Assembly: GCA_051294905.1 (NCBI GenBank)
Contig: CM119379.1
Coordinates: 19,654,001-19,718,000 of the forward strand
DNA: 64,000 bases
Reading direction: 5' to 3'
Source: Botryllus schlosseri
Taxonomy: Eukaryota
Below are positions 35,946 to 49,062 of the stretch, in pieces. A program made the translations under genes and the position numbers. Numbering within the stretch: position 1 is the first letter of the stretch; every line of letters begins with the position of its first letter. The notes beneath the pieces are model-generated. The model had not been told where the DNA came from, made no database searches, and worked only from the letters and a program-made list of their open reading frames with translations.

Positions 35946-38194
35946 GAAGTGATAAGAATTGCTAATAAAACGAACCTGAACTAGAACTGTCTCAACAAAA
36001 TGTGAAATTTAAGTTCGGTTGAGAAATAGTTCGAGATTTGCATTATGCAAAGGAGCCCAATGTCTAGAAGAGCAGTATCTTCACAGTCCACATCCGCCAG
36101 CATGCGATGTATTAGCCGGGCTGGTGCAATGAGTTTTTTCAACCACCCTTAATTTGTTAGTCCGTACATTGTGACATCACTCACGCTTACGGTTATGTCA
36201 CAATGCATCTGTGCCACTGCGTTGTTACGGATCGTTTGAACACTCTAGTTTTCACTCCGGCTACGCCAATGCCTCCCAGCCTACATAAAGAATATACGGG
36301 CGTTATGATGTCAAATTGAAAGATGTAAATGCGTTCGTATCTTGGCCGGTGAATATGTGTGAAATTCTCAGGGTGACGACCATATCGCAATTAAATCAGC
36401 GCGAAATCACGTTCTATCGAAAGTTTATTGTAAACCTCAAAATCACGCGGGTGTAAAATTCGCATCCAACGACGCGCGCACCTGGGAACATTTCGCGCGG
36501 GTCACCTCGCTTCAAAATCGAAGTTTACCTATGGTTTCAAATCTTGCGGTTTCGCGCGAGCAGCGTCGAAGCCTTCCCAAATTTGATTGTTCTCAACGCA
36601 TGGACCCAAACAAGAAAACATGTTATTACAACGAAATCACTGCCCCTGCAAAAAGTCTTCATTACCGCACGATTCAATCAATCAGTGTTCCTGCTTCCCC
36701 GCATCAGCGTTCTTAAGCCGAATTAAAGTAGTAAATGTGCCAAAACAAACAGGGTGACAAGAGGCAAAATGCCGTCACGCCAAACGGGTCGTCACTCTAA
36801 TTCTCAATTTCAAAACCTTGTCTGTTGTTGAACGCAGAAAAATCACTCGAACGAGTGCGGTGACACGACGAATAAAGCAAAAAGAAGCATCCGACCTTGC
36901 CGCTCTGTGTCGCGGGTCACGACGCAACCTTGACTGTGGAAGCACAAGTTTGGCCTCGTGAAGGATGCGATTACACTTTTTGTTTTGGGAGAAATATTTT
37001 TCACTTGCGACGCGACATCGCGCGACGCCGCGCTCTCCGTTTAATTTTATCAATGTCGTTCGGGTTAAGGGTTGCGTTGTATGTTGATGTTTACCACTCG
37101 CGATAACTCAGATCAGGTGGAGGGCTTGGATTTCGATCATTAGTCGCGGGTCTTGCGTACAGGATCAGCTCGGTTTTGACATTGGGATAGCGCTTCAATG
37201 AAATCACGCTGAGCGGGGGGTAAGGGAATATATCGACGCGGGAAAAGGCATAGGCTGCCGCGGGTGAAGTGAAACGGATCGCACGTTTTCTGCCGTCTTC
37301 CGGGATAGAGATGATTCTTTGTGACACGGTTTCGGCGGAATCCATAAACAGCATAGCAATGAAAACATAATTCTGCACAATGCAGTTATTGTTTAGATTC
37401 CTAGTCGCGTGCCTGTACCCACCAGACGTGGTCAGTAACGAAGTACATCTACTTTTTCAGATTGCTCAAGTTGAATTTGCCTACTTGTGCTACTTACTCA
37501 GGTGGTTATGTTTATACACTCGTTATAATTCTACCGAAGATTTTGTAAGCGAAACGTCATACTTTTTACTCTTTGGATTCTGTTAAGTAGAACGTATATT
37601 TTGTGAATCTGCTTCTATCACTTTTATAAGTGAAATCGTCATGACAACAGGACGAAAAAGACCTCGCATCAAGGTAACTCTAATATTTTCGAGAATTGAA
37701 CCTATTTGTAGTGTCACTGGCCATTTTGCGTTAGTCGCGATGATGCACCCTACAATTCTGAAAGTGGCCAGCTCCAATTAACTACTAAAAGTGTGCGACC
37801 CATCGACCAAATATACTTTTCGAAATTACTCAGAGTACTTTTCCAATGTTCAGTTTCACTTTCACTTGGAGCAATTTTGACATATCTTGAAATCGCTGCT
37901 TCGGCGTTACTTCGAACTCTATTTAAGTAGCAACGTCGACCAGTTTGAACGCCACATGGTGCCCTCGCAACTTCATCTCGAACTTGAATCTAAGCAGGGG
38001 TTCGTGAGATAGGTGACAGTGCGTCACTGTCAACGCTCTGGTGATATCCCTGTGAAACAATTCCTTATTTGTTTGTTTCAACTCAAGTTGGGGTTCAACA
38101 GTGTTGACGCACATGGTTCTATACATATAGTTGTTGATACCATACCTTATATTGAAGTTAGAATTTCAATCACCTCGACAGTCACCCGCACGTC

Positions 38195-38270
38195 GTGGGG
38201 AAGCGAGTGGCACAGCGGTTCGAGTCCCGGTTCAGACCAGTATGTGTCGGAGGTTTATCTGGGATCGTTC
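38195..38270 (+). mobile_element. Partial tRNA-derived SINE
   Basis: TGGCACAGCGG (A-box-like) directly followed by GGTTCGAGTCCCGG (B-box) and GTATGTGTCGGAGGTTTATC, similar to the 28599 SINE body. Confidence 0.5.
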
Positions 38271-39777
38271 AACTGTATCGTTGGGCTATATTTTTCATCT
38301 GAACAAGTCACACACAATGTACAATGCGATAGACACAATGCGATGTCATGAGCAGATAGGAGGATGTCGAACGACACGCATCGGTAACGATCCTTTACTC
38401 TAACATCCACCTTGGCCTAGAGTGCCCGATGTCACAGTTCTTTTCGATGTTGATCTTTTTGAAGCCGCGGCTCTTTCTACTAGTTCTTTCCATTCATTGT
38501 GAGTGTTTTCTTTCGACGGGTTCTCTTCTGGGCTTTTTTGTCGCCGTAAGAACGGCAACGTTACTGTCATAACAGTGTTTTAAAAAAGCCCAGAGTGATG
38601 GTGAGCCGTGCCAAAAAGTCGGCAGCAAAGAACAAGTTATACGGGCGCATGAAAGCGAGAGTGACTGCTGGTGAAATGGATGCGTGGCCGAAAGTCGTCC
38701 GTAGAAGAGTACCAAAGGCAAAGACACTGATAAGCTACCTTCGATATCATGGCGCAAATAACCTGATTAGGCGATAGGTGCCAATATTGTTCAACAAACA
38801 TAAAAACACAACAAAACCCTTAAATCGTATTATTCGAGCAGTCCTACTTCGTATTTTTATTATCACTCTCGCTCTCTATCCTCATTTCAGAGCATACCAT
38901 TTTTTCATCGACTGATCATGATACTACCACACACTGGAGAGTGGAGACATATACTAAATGGCCTGGCATTCATGGGTATCCATATCAGCAACATGTTTTG
39001 TATTGATTGACACCCATGTAAATCGCGCTACGGTTTACGAAACCGTGTACACATCGAACGCGATCAAAATGGACTTTTCGAAATAGCATGTCACCCACTA
39101 TTATATCATCGTTGAAATATGCAAAACTGTCTGCGCTCCCTTTGTTCTGCAACTACTGATGAAATCTCATTCGCATGGTCCCGGATTACGCGCGGTACCG
39201 CTGATCCAAGCGACAACGCCAAAATTAGTTGGCTTAACGTTCGAAATTGGAGATATTTGTAAATTCACCCGATTTATACCAGTTAATTTTTCCCGTCGGC
39301 TGTGGTACCTGTAAACGCCCGATAAATAAGCATAAGGGAAAGTCAAAACTAGCTTTAATTGTTTTAATAAATTCACTGGACTATCATGATTACGATCTTA
39401 TTCTGGGCCCTAATTTGCGATTTTCGTTATTGCTTTCTCTATCTAAAAATCAATCAAATTAAGACAGCGATGGCTAATAGTCCGTGTCCCGTATCAATAG
39501 TTTACGGGAGATTCAGTAATTTTACGAACTAGGTGAACTTGGGACAGATGTGGTCATAGCCGATACTCTTCACAATTATGACATCGTAGGACATTACTTT
39601 GTATTAACCAAATGAATTGTTTTCTGATAATATAGTTTGTTTCTAATGCTTAAGTCTATTTTTTCTATTACGCTATATATCTGGCCTTTCGGTCGTTCAC
39701 GATTTTATCGCACTGACTCGCCCAAGCATACGATATTTTCTTCACAATATCAACGTATCGCAGATGCTACTCGTTAA

Positions 39778-42625
39778 AGGCTAATTCACACATGCACGGT
39801 TCCCGGCCACGATTTTTGCCGTACGGTTTTCCATCGTACGGTCGTACGGCCGACTTGCCGTGGAAATGTTCACACATGCACGATTCGTTCACGGCGGCTG
39901 TCACCACGGCTATCGCACGGTTGATTTCTTCGCTTTTTTGCTGCCGTGCGGAAAGTTGGATCAAACGAACTTTCCGTGGCTATCGTTGCTGCCGTGAGCT
40001 CAGTCGAAAGTGTGCTCCTGTGGATTTAGCAGCTTGTCGAGATGAATGTATTGAATAATTATCGAAGGAGAGTGCTTCTTATGTTGTGTTCAGGGTGTAT
40101 ATTGGTTGTACGAAGAAATATGTGATATGAGAAGGTGAGTTTACCGGTAGGATGTGTAGATACGTACCAGACGGTATGATGGTACTGCCATGCAGTAATC
40201 TGCACTCTGCAGTAGTAATCAGTCGTTTTGTTATGTATGCTCGCCAGGTGTGGTTATTCTATATTACTCTGCGATGAGTGGTTTGCGTCTGTCAACGATA
40301 TTGCGATCAGGCTGACTCAGTTGCACGTGTTTCTACAGCAGTCTGTTTTCTGCATATCTGGTAAATCACTGCTTGTGATCACAGGGCTGCCTGCTATTCA
40401 CTTATTCTGGTTCAATGTGTGTGTCGGATTGAAGGACTGCTACAAGTCATTTCATAACCATGTTAACCATGTATATACGTAGTTGATGTTAATTATTTGC
40501 ATTGCATTTGACATTTTAACCTAGAATTCCATGTCCTGTGTTGTGATTATCATGTAGCAAATGAGTACCTAGTTAGTTGATAGAAGCTGGTAACTCATTC
40601 CTGCAACACTATTTCATTTTATCAACTAAAATGAGTTCAGATTCATATTATATTGATGCATGCATTTTTACTACATAATGGTGTCTTTTCAATCTTACTA
40701 CATCTGTTTACAGAAATTGTACTAGATAATCCTTTCCACTACTAAAAAATCAGGTCAGTTGTTGATGACAGCCTACATCAACATCAATTGCTGACGTACT
40801 GCAAACATCTGGTATGTCCATTTCCATTCATTTTTAATATTCATTTCAGTATTACTGCTGTAATTTCATTCAGTGGGGCAAGTGAAAACTCGATTTCGAT
40901 GGTCGACTTCGAGGAGCAAATTTTGGGAAAGGGGGAAACATATTCATTTACTCCTAGTTGAAATGCTGCATTTGCACAAGATAGAACGTCATACTAGCAA
41001 AAAATGTTTCTCGCATCCAACGCAGAGAATAGGCCGTGATAAAGTATAAATTTTCAGCTTCTTTGCTGACCATACTCATCTGTGCATCACTGTTGCCAAC
41101 CTGCCAGATATTGAAAAAGTTCACTACTCTGATAGTTTGATTACTGCAGCAGAATAAGTTGAAGCAATGATTGGTTAAAGTGACAACATCAGATATTGTG
41201 AATTGCGGTGAATCTTTGCATGAAGTAAAATTCCTTATGGCATATTAAATTTCAAGGGCATTGCTGTAAAATAAGCTTTCAATGTTTTAATATTCGGATT
41301 TAGAAACCACTGCCAGAGACCAAATGATGTGAAACCAGCTGATGTGTAAACTAGCACTACTACGTCATCTCTTCCATCCACCAACAACGCATCATTGAAC
41401 TCTACAATTGGCAGACAATTACCAGGGAAGAGCGAAGATACTATGATGGCAGACATTTGATGCAGGTAGTTGTAGCTGTGAAGTATGACTTGTCATGCTA
41501 TGCATGTAACATATAAATTATATCTTATTCAGGGTGAGATGATAAAGTTTCTACAGAACAGCACTGACCAGTTTTCTGCACCCTGGACTAATATGATCAT
41601 TTTGCAAACTTTATGGCGGCACAGTTGTGAGTCAACGGAGGCTGTGTGTGCTGCTGCAATAATGAAGGACATTATGCAAACTTTTCCAAGTTTATGATCA
41701 CAAGAACCAGTTGAAAACTAGCACTGTTATTTCATGCATACTGTTTTGTCTATTATGACTGCATCGATTTAATTGGTACCGCTGTATTGCATATTATTCT
41801 TTTTTCTTTCTTCAAATGTATGCATTCTGTATTTGCAGATGTTGCTTTCAAGTGTAACCATTTCATTTTATTGTTCATTTCTTTGCATAACGTGATTGAA
41901 AATTAAATTCTGTATTGTAAGGCACACTTGATTTCTTGGAATGATCAGGAATAGGTGACTATTTATCCAAGGTGGTCAGAATATTCAGCGTTGCTACTCG
42001 TACATTACTATTGCTGTGAAGTTTTACTCGCCTTCAAGTAGAATTAGCAATTTCAGAGACATGTGGAAACTACTTCAAGTGTAGGAAATGAAGAAATGAA
42101 AGGTGATCAAGTAGTTTTAAATAGTAGATTTGGTTGATGGCTCGAATAGTTTTAGCAGAGTTGGTCACTTTGAAATCGCAGGGTGCATCTTTGTGACTAT
42201 CGCAAAGACGCAAACTGACCTGTGACACTACAAAAAGGTGCAAATATTCCAAAGTGCAAAAAGTAGATTAGTTGTGTTGTTGCGTGGAAGTGATATAAAA
42301 CACAACCTATTGAAAAAGTAGACAAAACCTCTTGAGTACTCCTTACTAACCACCTGGGCTTTATATAAGGCCTGTCATATTTCAATATGTTGAAAAGAGG
42401 CATAGCAAACTGGAATGGAATCAGGGTGTACCGCTTGCAACCGTGGTTGAGCGACCGCGGCAGTGTGAATATACGTCCGGTTGGTCGTCGCACGGCTACC
42501 GTACAGTGATCGCTACCGTACAGTGATCGCGTATAATCGCGAGTCGTGAATGTGTGAATTGAGTCTTGCGATACGTGCGTTACGCGCGAATTTACCGTGC
42601 GAACCGGGTATGTGTGAATTCGCCT
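39778..42625. mobile_element. PIF/Harbinger-type element, 2848 bp, no intact transposase visible
   Basis: 25-bp TIRs AGGCTAATTCACACATGCACGGTTC / GAACCGGGTATGTGTGAATTCGCCT; TAA on both flanks; internal repeats of the TTCACACAT core and CCGTAC subterminal motifs. Confidence 0.88.
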
Positions 42626-44481
42626 TAAGTCTAATTGCAATTCCGCGGGATTTTGCCTCTCTGATAATAATCGCTCCCTTATTATTCAATTCCTCACTTT
42701 ATACGCACCCATGAAGTACGAAGTACATTGGATTAGTTTTAGAATTGCTCCATTATACGGTTTTCGCACAATCAACGATTGGTGTCGCTAGATCGCGCGC
42801 AGTGTTTTATCGTCTGATTTAACAATATAGCCCACAAAACTTAGTTCAGTCGTTTTTTCAATCAACTACAGATGATATATCCACTCGCTTGCAGGTGCGA
42901 CTCGGCAGTTTATGTCGAATTTGTCTCATCAAAAGACTCCCTAAATGATTGTATATTTATATTTATAAATGGCCTTTAACGCTCACCAATGTCCTGACAC
43001 GGAACTATAAATTAACAGACATCTTATACTTCCTATCGTGTCACATTTGTTGAAAGATTTAACCAATCTTTGATTACATTTACGTAAGCATTCTGTCAAT
43101 AGTAAAGATACATGTCATGACTTACCAGATGGCTTTCGTTGGCAGAATGTTATCGATGTGCGCAATGCGCCAGACACGTCCATTATTAATGTGGTATAAA
43201 AACGGATGAAATCATTCGCTACTGGCCCCTAACCATGGTGATTATAGTGACCATATTCTTGCTTTTGTCTTTTATGACAAGGAAGATCGGCGTAAAATGT
43301 CAGAGTCTTAAATTTGCTCGTTACCATGCCCAAATCATGCTCAGAAAAAAGTAATATTGAATTGTTCTTGATTCTAAGTCGTAATTCTAATCCGGAATTG
43401 GTATCGTGAAAACTCTTCAGGTTATAATTTCAGGTTCAAATACAAACCATGCCAAATTCTGCCAAACATGCATGCGCAATGCAACAACGCATGCAACAAC
43501 GCATGCATCAATTTGTGATGTGGAGGGCTCCTGGAGATCACCGCAGATACGCGCTGTTTTCCCCGTTCCCTCACCCATAATCCGACCTTCCGGAGCTGAC
43601 TCGACCCTTGCTTGTCTTACAGGCGCATGCGCCGTAAGTAACACATGTATGGCTGTTTGAATAGTTGGGACTTTTCGTTGCGATCAGTCGCCTTACTGTT
43701 TGAGTTTGTCGATTTCGCGTTAGTCACGCGTCACTCACAACACAATTTTGTTGGGTAGCTCAGCAACTCGGCACTTTGCGGTAGCTTCCTGATGGGACAC
43801 ACGCAGCGAGTGTGGTTCTCGTGCGGGCTGATAAAACTGTTTGTGTAATCTCCCACTTCTTAAGCTCTCTGTTTATGCTTGCGAATTTCCGATGTTCGTG
43901 TCGCATTTTTGTCATAAGGTGGGTCGCTCAAAAGTCTTTGTCCTTTGCTTGCCCCTGACAGGTCGCCATATGAATAGTTTACAATGCCACGATGATTAAT
44001 GCATTCTACCTCCAAGGCAAACAAGGTATCATATGTTATATGCCGTTAAGTGCTGGAGAGTTTCACTTCGTTGAACCGGAAAAGCGATAAGGCCGATCCC
44101 AATACTTCTTCATCTCCGAGTTACTTGCTCTCGACTTGATTTTGCTTAGGCTGCTGGATCTTAAGCTTTAATCATGTTAATTAGTATTCTGTGAAACATT
44201 CATCAACATGCCAGCGAAATCTTTTGCGATACTACGAACTTTTCCGGTCGGCTAAAAAAATCGCACACGCCCTCTCTCATGACATGATGTTTCGTTAATA
44301 AATTATATATATTTTGGGCTCGGATAGCGTTATCGCAGTGTCTTAGTATGGCACTACATTTCTCAATTACAATACACCACAAGACTGCGATACAATGACA
44401 GATGGAAAGGTGTTGAAACGACTTGGAGTAGTCTTCGAAATCAGACGACCCACCTGTCCTGGGCCTAGAAAAAGGTCGGAG

Positions 44482-44617
44482 NNNNNNNNNNNNNNNNNNN
44501 NNNNNNNNNNNNNNNNNNNNNNNNNNNNNNNNNNNNNNNNNNNNNNNNNNNNNNNNNNNNNNNNNNNNNNNNNNNNNNNNNNNNNNNNNNNNNNNNNNNN
44601 NNNNNNNNNNNNNNNNN
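44482..44617. other. Assembly gap, 136 N
   Basis: Run of N. Confidence 0.99.
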
Positions 44618-47575
44618 AAGCCCATACACAGTCATTAGATTGTCCATGTCCATTGTCCATCCATAGTGATATAACAGAAGAAGACGTCACGAAAGCGTTC
44701 CTGGCATTATTTCCATTCACTGACTGTCTTGGTACATATATACCATATAGTTTATTAATTTTATCAGCTTAAAAGATTGCGACTCTATGACGAGGCGGTA
44801 ATGTCTCGGAACAACTTGGTGATGTCCAAAACGAATGAAAAATTAAATATCAACTTTCAGGCGTATTATCATTGCACCATGTTGAAGGCAAGAAGAGCTT
44901 TCACATTGTTTTATAAAAATGAAATCAACTCAACTCACATATGTGTTATTTATTGGTGGTTGAAATCCAAACTTTTTGTCGAAAATCATTTCGCGAAATC
45001 GCAATCATTGGTCTTCTCGCTGTGCGGTAACCCATAGCAGTTTCATTTGCACGTCAACGATTTCGATGAAATCACCTCACTGAATCACATCCTTCAAATT
45101 ACCTGACCAATACCGGCGCTTCCAATGGTCAGAGAGTCGTTAACTCAACCAAGCGAAAGTAATTTCGCGAGAAATAACATCTTGCAATGTAAATTAGATA
45201 TTTGAGTTGTACTGCGGCAGACTTCAGGCACAAGGGAGCTAACGACATAGTAGCGTCCATATTATGTTAGTGAATTCACGCGAATCTCGCGGAATGGTCG
45301 GTTTATCAGAGACTTCCAAGTATGACCTCAAAATTAGTTTCAAAGCTACCCGCAACGGGGAGAAACAGTGCCTGGATATGAATAATGTCACTCTGTTTTC
45401 TTAAGGACGTTTTCATGTGTTGAAACGCTGACTATGAGATTTTATTCATTAGTGCAGCCGAATAAGAAACTAGAAAAGGGAATACTAAACTAATATTATT
45501 CGAAAACTAGGATTGTGAAAACAAACCCGCCATTCCTTGGTTAATAAAGCTTAATTTACTTTCGTCTCGTGTATAATATCGCATCTAAGTTTTGAACATC
45601 CTTTTGTTTTTAAAAACTCGTGCCTTTTTACTACTCTCTGTATTGTTTAGATAAGCTAATCTTGACGTAAGTGATCGCCTCGTCATTGCTACGAACACGC
45701 GTATATGACGGCTGTGACCAAACGTCTTGTTTTGTGAGCGATTCCTCTCGCATGACCTTAAGGCCGATTACCCGCTATGAAAAATGCGCAATGCGCATTG
45801 ATCTCACCAGAGTAAGATTTTGTCTAAAATGAAAGTCAAATTCACCCTTCTCTATGGCTTGGTTATTTCGGGGTATTTATAATAGAAATATATTTGGAAT
45901 TCCGTACATATTTTTGTATGGTAGGTAGAATTAAGACGGTATTCGCTATTGACAGCGACTAAATAAGTTACAGTTCGAAGGAATCGCTTCGTGCAATCAA
46001 ATTGCGACGACGTCGTACGAAACAGATGTTATTACTATCATTGATATAATCAGCAGGCAGTTCTGATATATACAGAAATCAATGCCCATCAAATTAGGAA
46101 ATATTTTTCACACTACACTTGATAAATCCTGCGATACAATTAATTCATAATAAAAGCAATAAGTCAAACATGAACAATTTTCTGGAATGGCAAGATGGTA
46201 AACCATACCACATCAGCATGTTGGTTCCGATGAATGGTTTCGGATCTTCCTGAAACTCTATTTCGTGTAAAGCTATTCTTTATATTATATATATATTGTA
46301 TATAGCCTACGCATGTTTTGTAACGACATCAACCATCAATAAAGGTACGATTATATTTAGAAGTCCGCACTGAATCTTTACGAATTCATTTTAACTATGC
46401 TTGTCAAATAGCGGCACGAGCATGATAATATACAAAATATCTAACCATCTCAAGACGATTGACGAGTGACGACTCATGAAGGCAGTGATTCAAATAATAT
46501 GTATGCGGTATGCGGCGTGAGGTAAACATATCCTACAATATCTCCTACCTCAGAGCCGACCAGTGTAAATCAGGCGAATGACATCATACACCCTCCGTTC
46601 CGTATATTTCGATACAAACGATATTTACGAGATTAAATTCTGGATAATGTAAGTCGGTGAAGACCACCATAATATTTCCGATAAGCATCTTCTAATGAAT
46701 TGAAATGCCGTCTCTATTGCCGACTGCCGCAAGACCTTGTCATTGCTCAGCCTATCATGGCTCGGATCTGTCACATCCAAAATAAACATGCCTTGCGAGC
46801 TGTTTCCTAGTTGATACATACGCCCCCAGGAAATCGCAGGATCTACTAATTCAACAGTGCACTCTGACGTGCGTTCCCGCGCGTTGGAAATCCATCAGGG
46901 TCCCGATTAAAACTTTACGCCGGCTATCATTATTATCACATTAGCTGAAAATAGTCCTCCACATATATACCCGAGATATATTTCACGAGATATGACGTGA
47001 TATCGACGAGCATTTGTTGCGACAACAATGGTTAGATGACTCTATTCTCTGTCAATAAATGTGGAATTTCGTAGAGTAGTTATCACCAAACCGCAGAGGA
47101 TACTCCGTCACTGCAATACCTTCCTAATGCGCTTCAGCTTATATCCATAGCCGGGCTATGCATATGTTTAGTATATGTTATGTATCCAATGTACATGACA
47201 ATCAACTTCTTAGTTCTCTCTCTTCAAAATAAAGAATTGTGCCAAGCATACGCATGTGCGATTGCGATAAAACAAAATGGATTATAACTGCTAAATATTT
47301 ACTCATATATTACTCTAACCTAAACATATGCAGCTCAAAAGCCGGCCCAGCGACAACTAATATGATATCGTGGTCTATATGAACTATTACATGGATTTCA
47401 TAGATTAAGGTATAGAAAACAAGTGCAAAGAAATTGGAGGGAGTAAAAGCGGTGTATTTTCAGCTAACCAAATTGTTTCCGTGGGATCAATATTTCTGCT
47501 GATAATACTGGGATCCTTGTTTTGGACACAGGCTATGGGATAATATAGAGCGCAAATATAGGCCTATACTTCAGG

Positions 47576-48531
47576 CAGGGGTCGCCAACTCAAAACGGGT
47601 CGCGGGCCACTTTTCAAATTTAGTAGCAGCCGCGGGCCGCATGAAAGCAATATCGATATAAACTAGGCAACCACGTTTTAAAACTTACGTCAGTACAACG
47701 CCGTGCTACCTAACATAGGCGATGGATATAATGACCACAAAAGACGTAGTATTTTATTAAAGGAATACAAATACAACAAAAATACATTATCTTCAATTTC
47801 ACTTCATTTTAAACTCTGAGCTGTGCACGATACCTAGAAACGCTTTTCAGAGACTAAGGAATCGATATTGGGGCTCGCGAGATACGTTACTAGCTGAAAG
47901 ACCATCTCCACGTAAAGCTTGATCTCGTGGGGAAGCCCTAAGCCAGCGGTTCTCAAATTTTTTTGATACTGAAAAATTTCGCTCCCCCCCCTTATCGTCA
48001 TATCACAAAATGCAACCAGAATGCTTGCTATCCCAGCGGACAGTTTGATGGCATGGACGGTTGTGACTGTTGATGAGAGAATTCTATAATATGAATGCCG
48101 GACTATACACAAAATTAGAGTGTGATGTAAATCGCGCTCAGCGCGAAAATTTTTTAAGTTGGCCGCAGCTCTGCGCCCCCTTCAGATGCTATCACGCCCT
48201 CACAAGAGGGGCGCGCCCCCCAGTTTGAGAACCACTGCTCTATGCCGTTATCTAAGCATCTCGGTTTTGGCAGTGTTTGGGCCATCGCACGTCAGGGCAA
48301 TATGCCCAGATCATTCATATGAGCTGATTATTCTCCCTCGGTGGAATGCTGTTGCCATCTCCAAAGCCGTTTTAGCTAGTGACGAATAGTGATGCTGGGC
48401 ACATGAGAATATGTTGAAACTGTAGTCAATTTCAGCATTTCAAATTGGTTTTCTTAGCTTTCTACCGAAATCTCAAATCAAGTGGCGGGTCGCAAAATAT
48501 GACCTCGCGGGCCGCGTGTTGGTGACCCCTG
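47576..48531 (-). mobile_element. hAT family H2 copy 3 (reverse); lacks the nested MITE of copies 1 and 2 but has a different nested MITE
   Basis: TIRs CAGGGGTCGCCAAC / GTTGGTGACCCCTG; TSD ACTTCAGG / AGTTAAGG (6/8); colinear with 6770-7169 plus 7793-8067. Confidence 0.85.
47944..48237 (-). mobile_element. hAT MITE nested in H2 copy 3; same family as 11716-12020
   Basis: TIRs CAGCGGTTCTCAAA / TTTGAGAACCACTG; TSD CCCTAAGC / CTCTATGC (6/8). Confidence 0.85.
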
Positions 48532-48621
48532 AGTTAAGGAATATGGTCGAGACGCCAAATAAGAGAGAATGATATTCGCTCAGCATTGGGGTTATTGAAC
48601 AATGAACACTGTATATACACT

Positions 48622-49062
48622 TAGGGTTGTATTTAAAACAAATGGTTGTTTAAAACACTTTATTTGAAACATGTTTTAAACAGTGTTTTAAACAGTGTTT
48701 TAAACAAAAAAACCTTTAAAAGAAATTGTGTTTTTTTAAGTTGTAAAATCATGCCATAATTGTGTAGATACTTTTCAAAAAACATGTTGTTTGAGCCTAC
48801 GGACAATTACCACCTGATATAGCATACGTATACGATATGGGATGGTTGGAACCCTCAAGATAGTCGGTTCAACAGCTATAGTACGTAGATATTTCGTCAA
48901 AGGAGCTATATATTTACCCTATATTTTCAATTGTCAATGTCAATCCACTATGACGTCACAATTGAACATTCGTGACGACATGGCTTTAAACAAAAAACAA
49001 AAAACATGTTTTAAACAAGGGCTGTTTGTTTTAAATTGATTTTTGTTTTAAATGCATCCCAC
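48622..49062 (+). mobile_element. MITE family A copy 5 (short variant)
   Basis: TAGGGTTGTATTTAAAACAAATGG start; highly similar to 53519-53935; degenerate right end TTTTAAATGCATCCCA. Confidence 0.85.

Noticed and set aside
38595-38777. Small basic ORF MMVSRAKKSAAKNKLYGRMK as a protamine/histone-like gene
   Set aside because: 60 codons, no recognisable family motif or promoter/polyA support; compatible with chance.
43340-43644. Possible Harbinger transposase N-terminus on the minus strand
   Set aside because: Only vague motif echoes across stops; no TIRs or downstream catalytic blocks.
44203-44772. Four 60-140 aa ORFs
   Set aside because: Open only because they cross the N gap.
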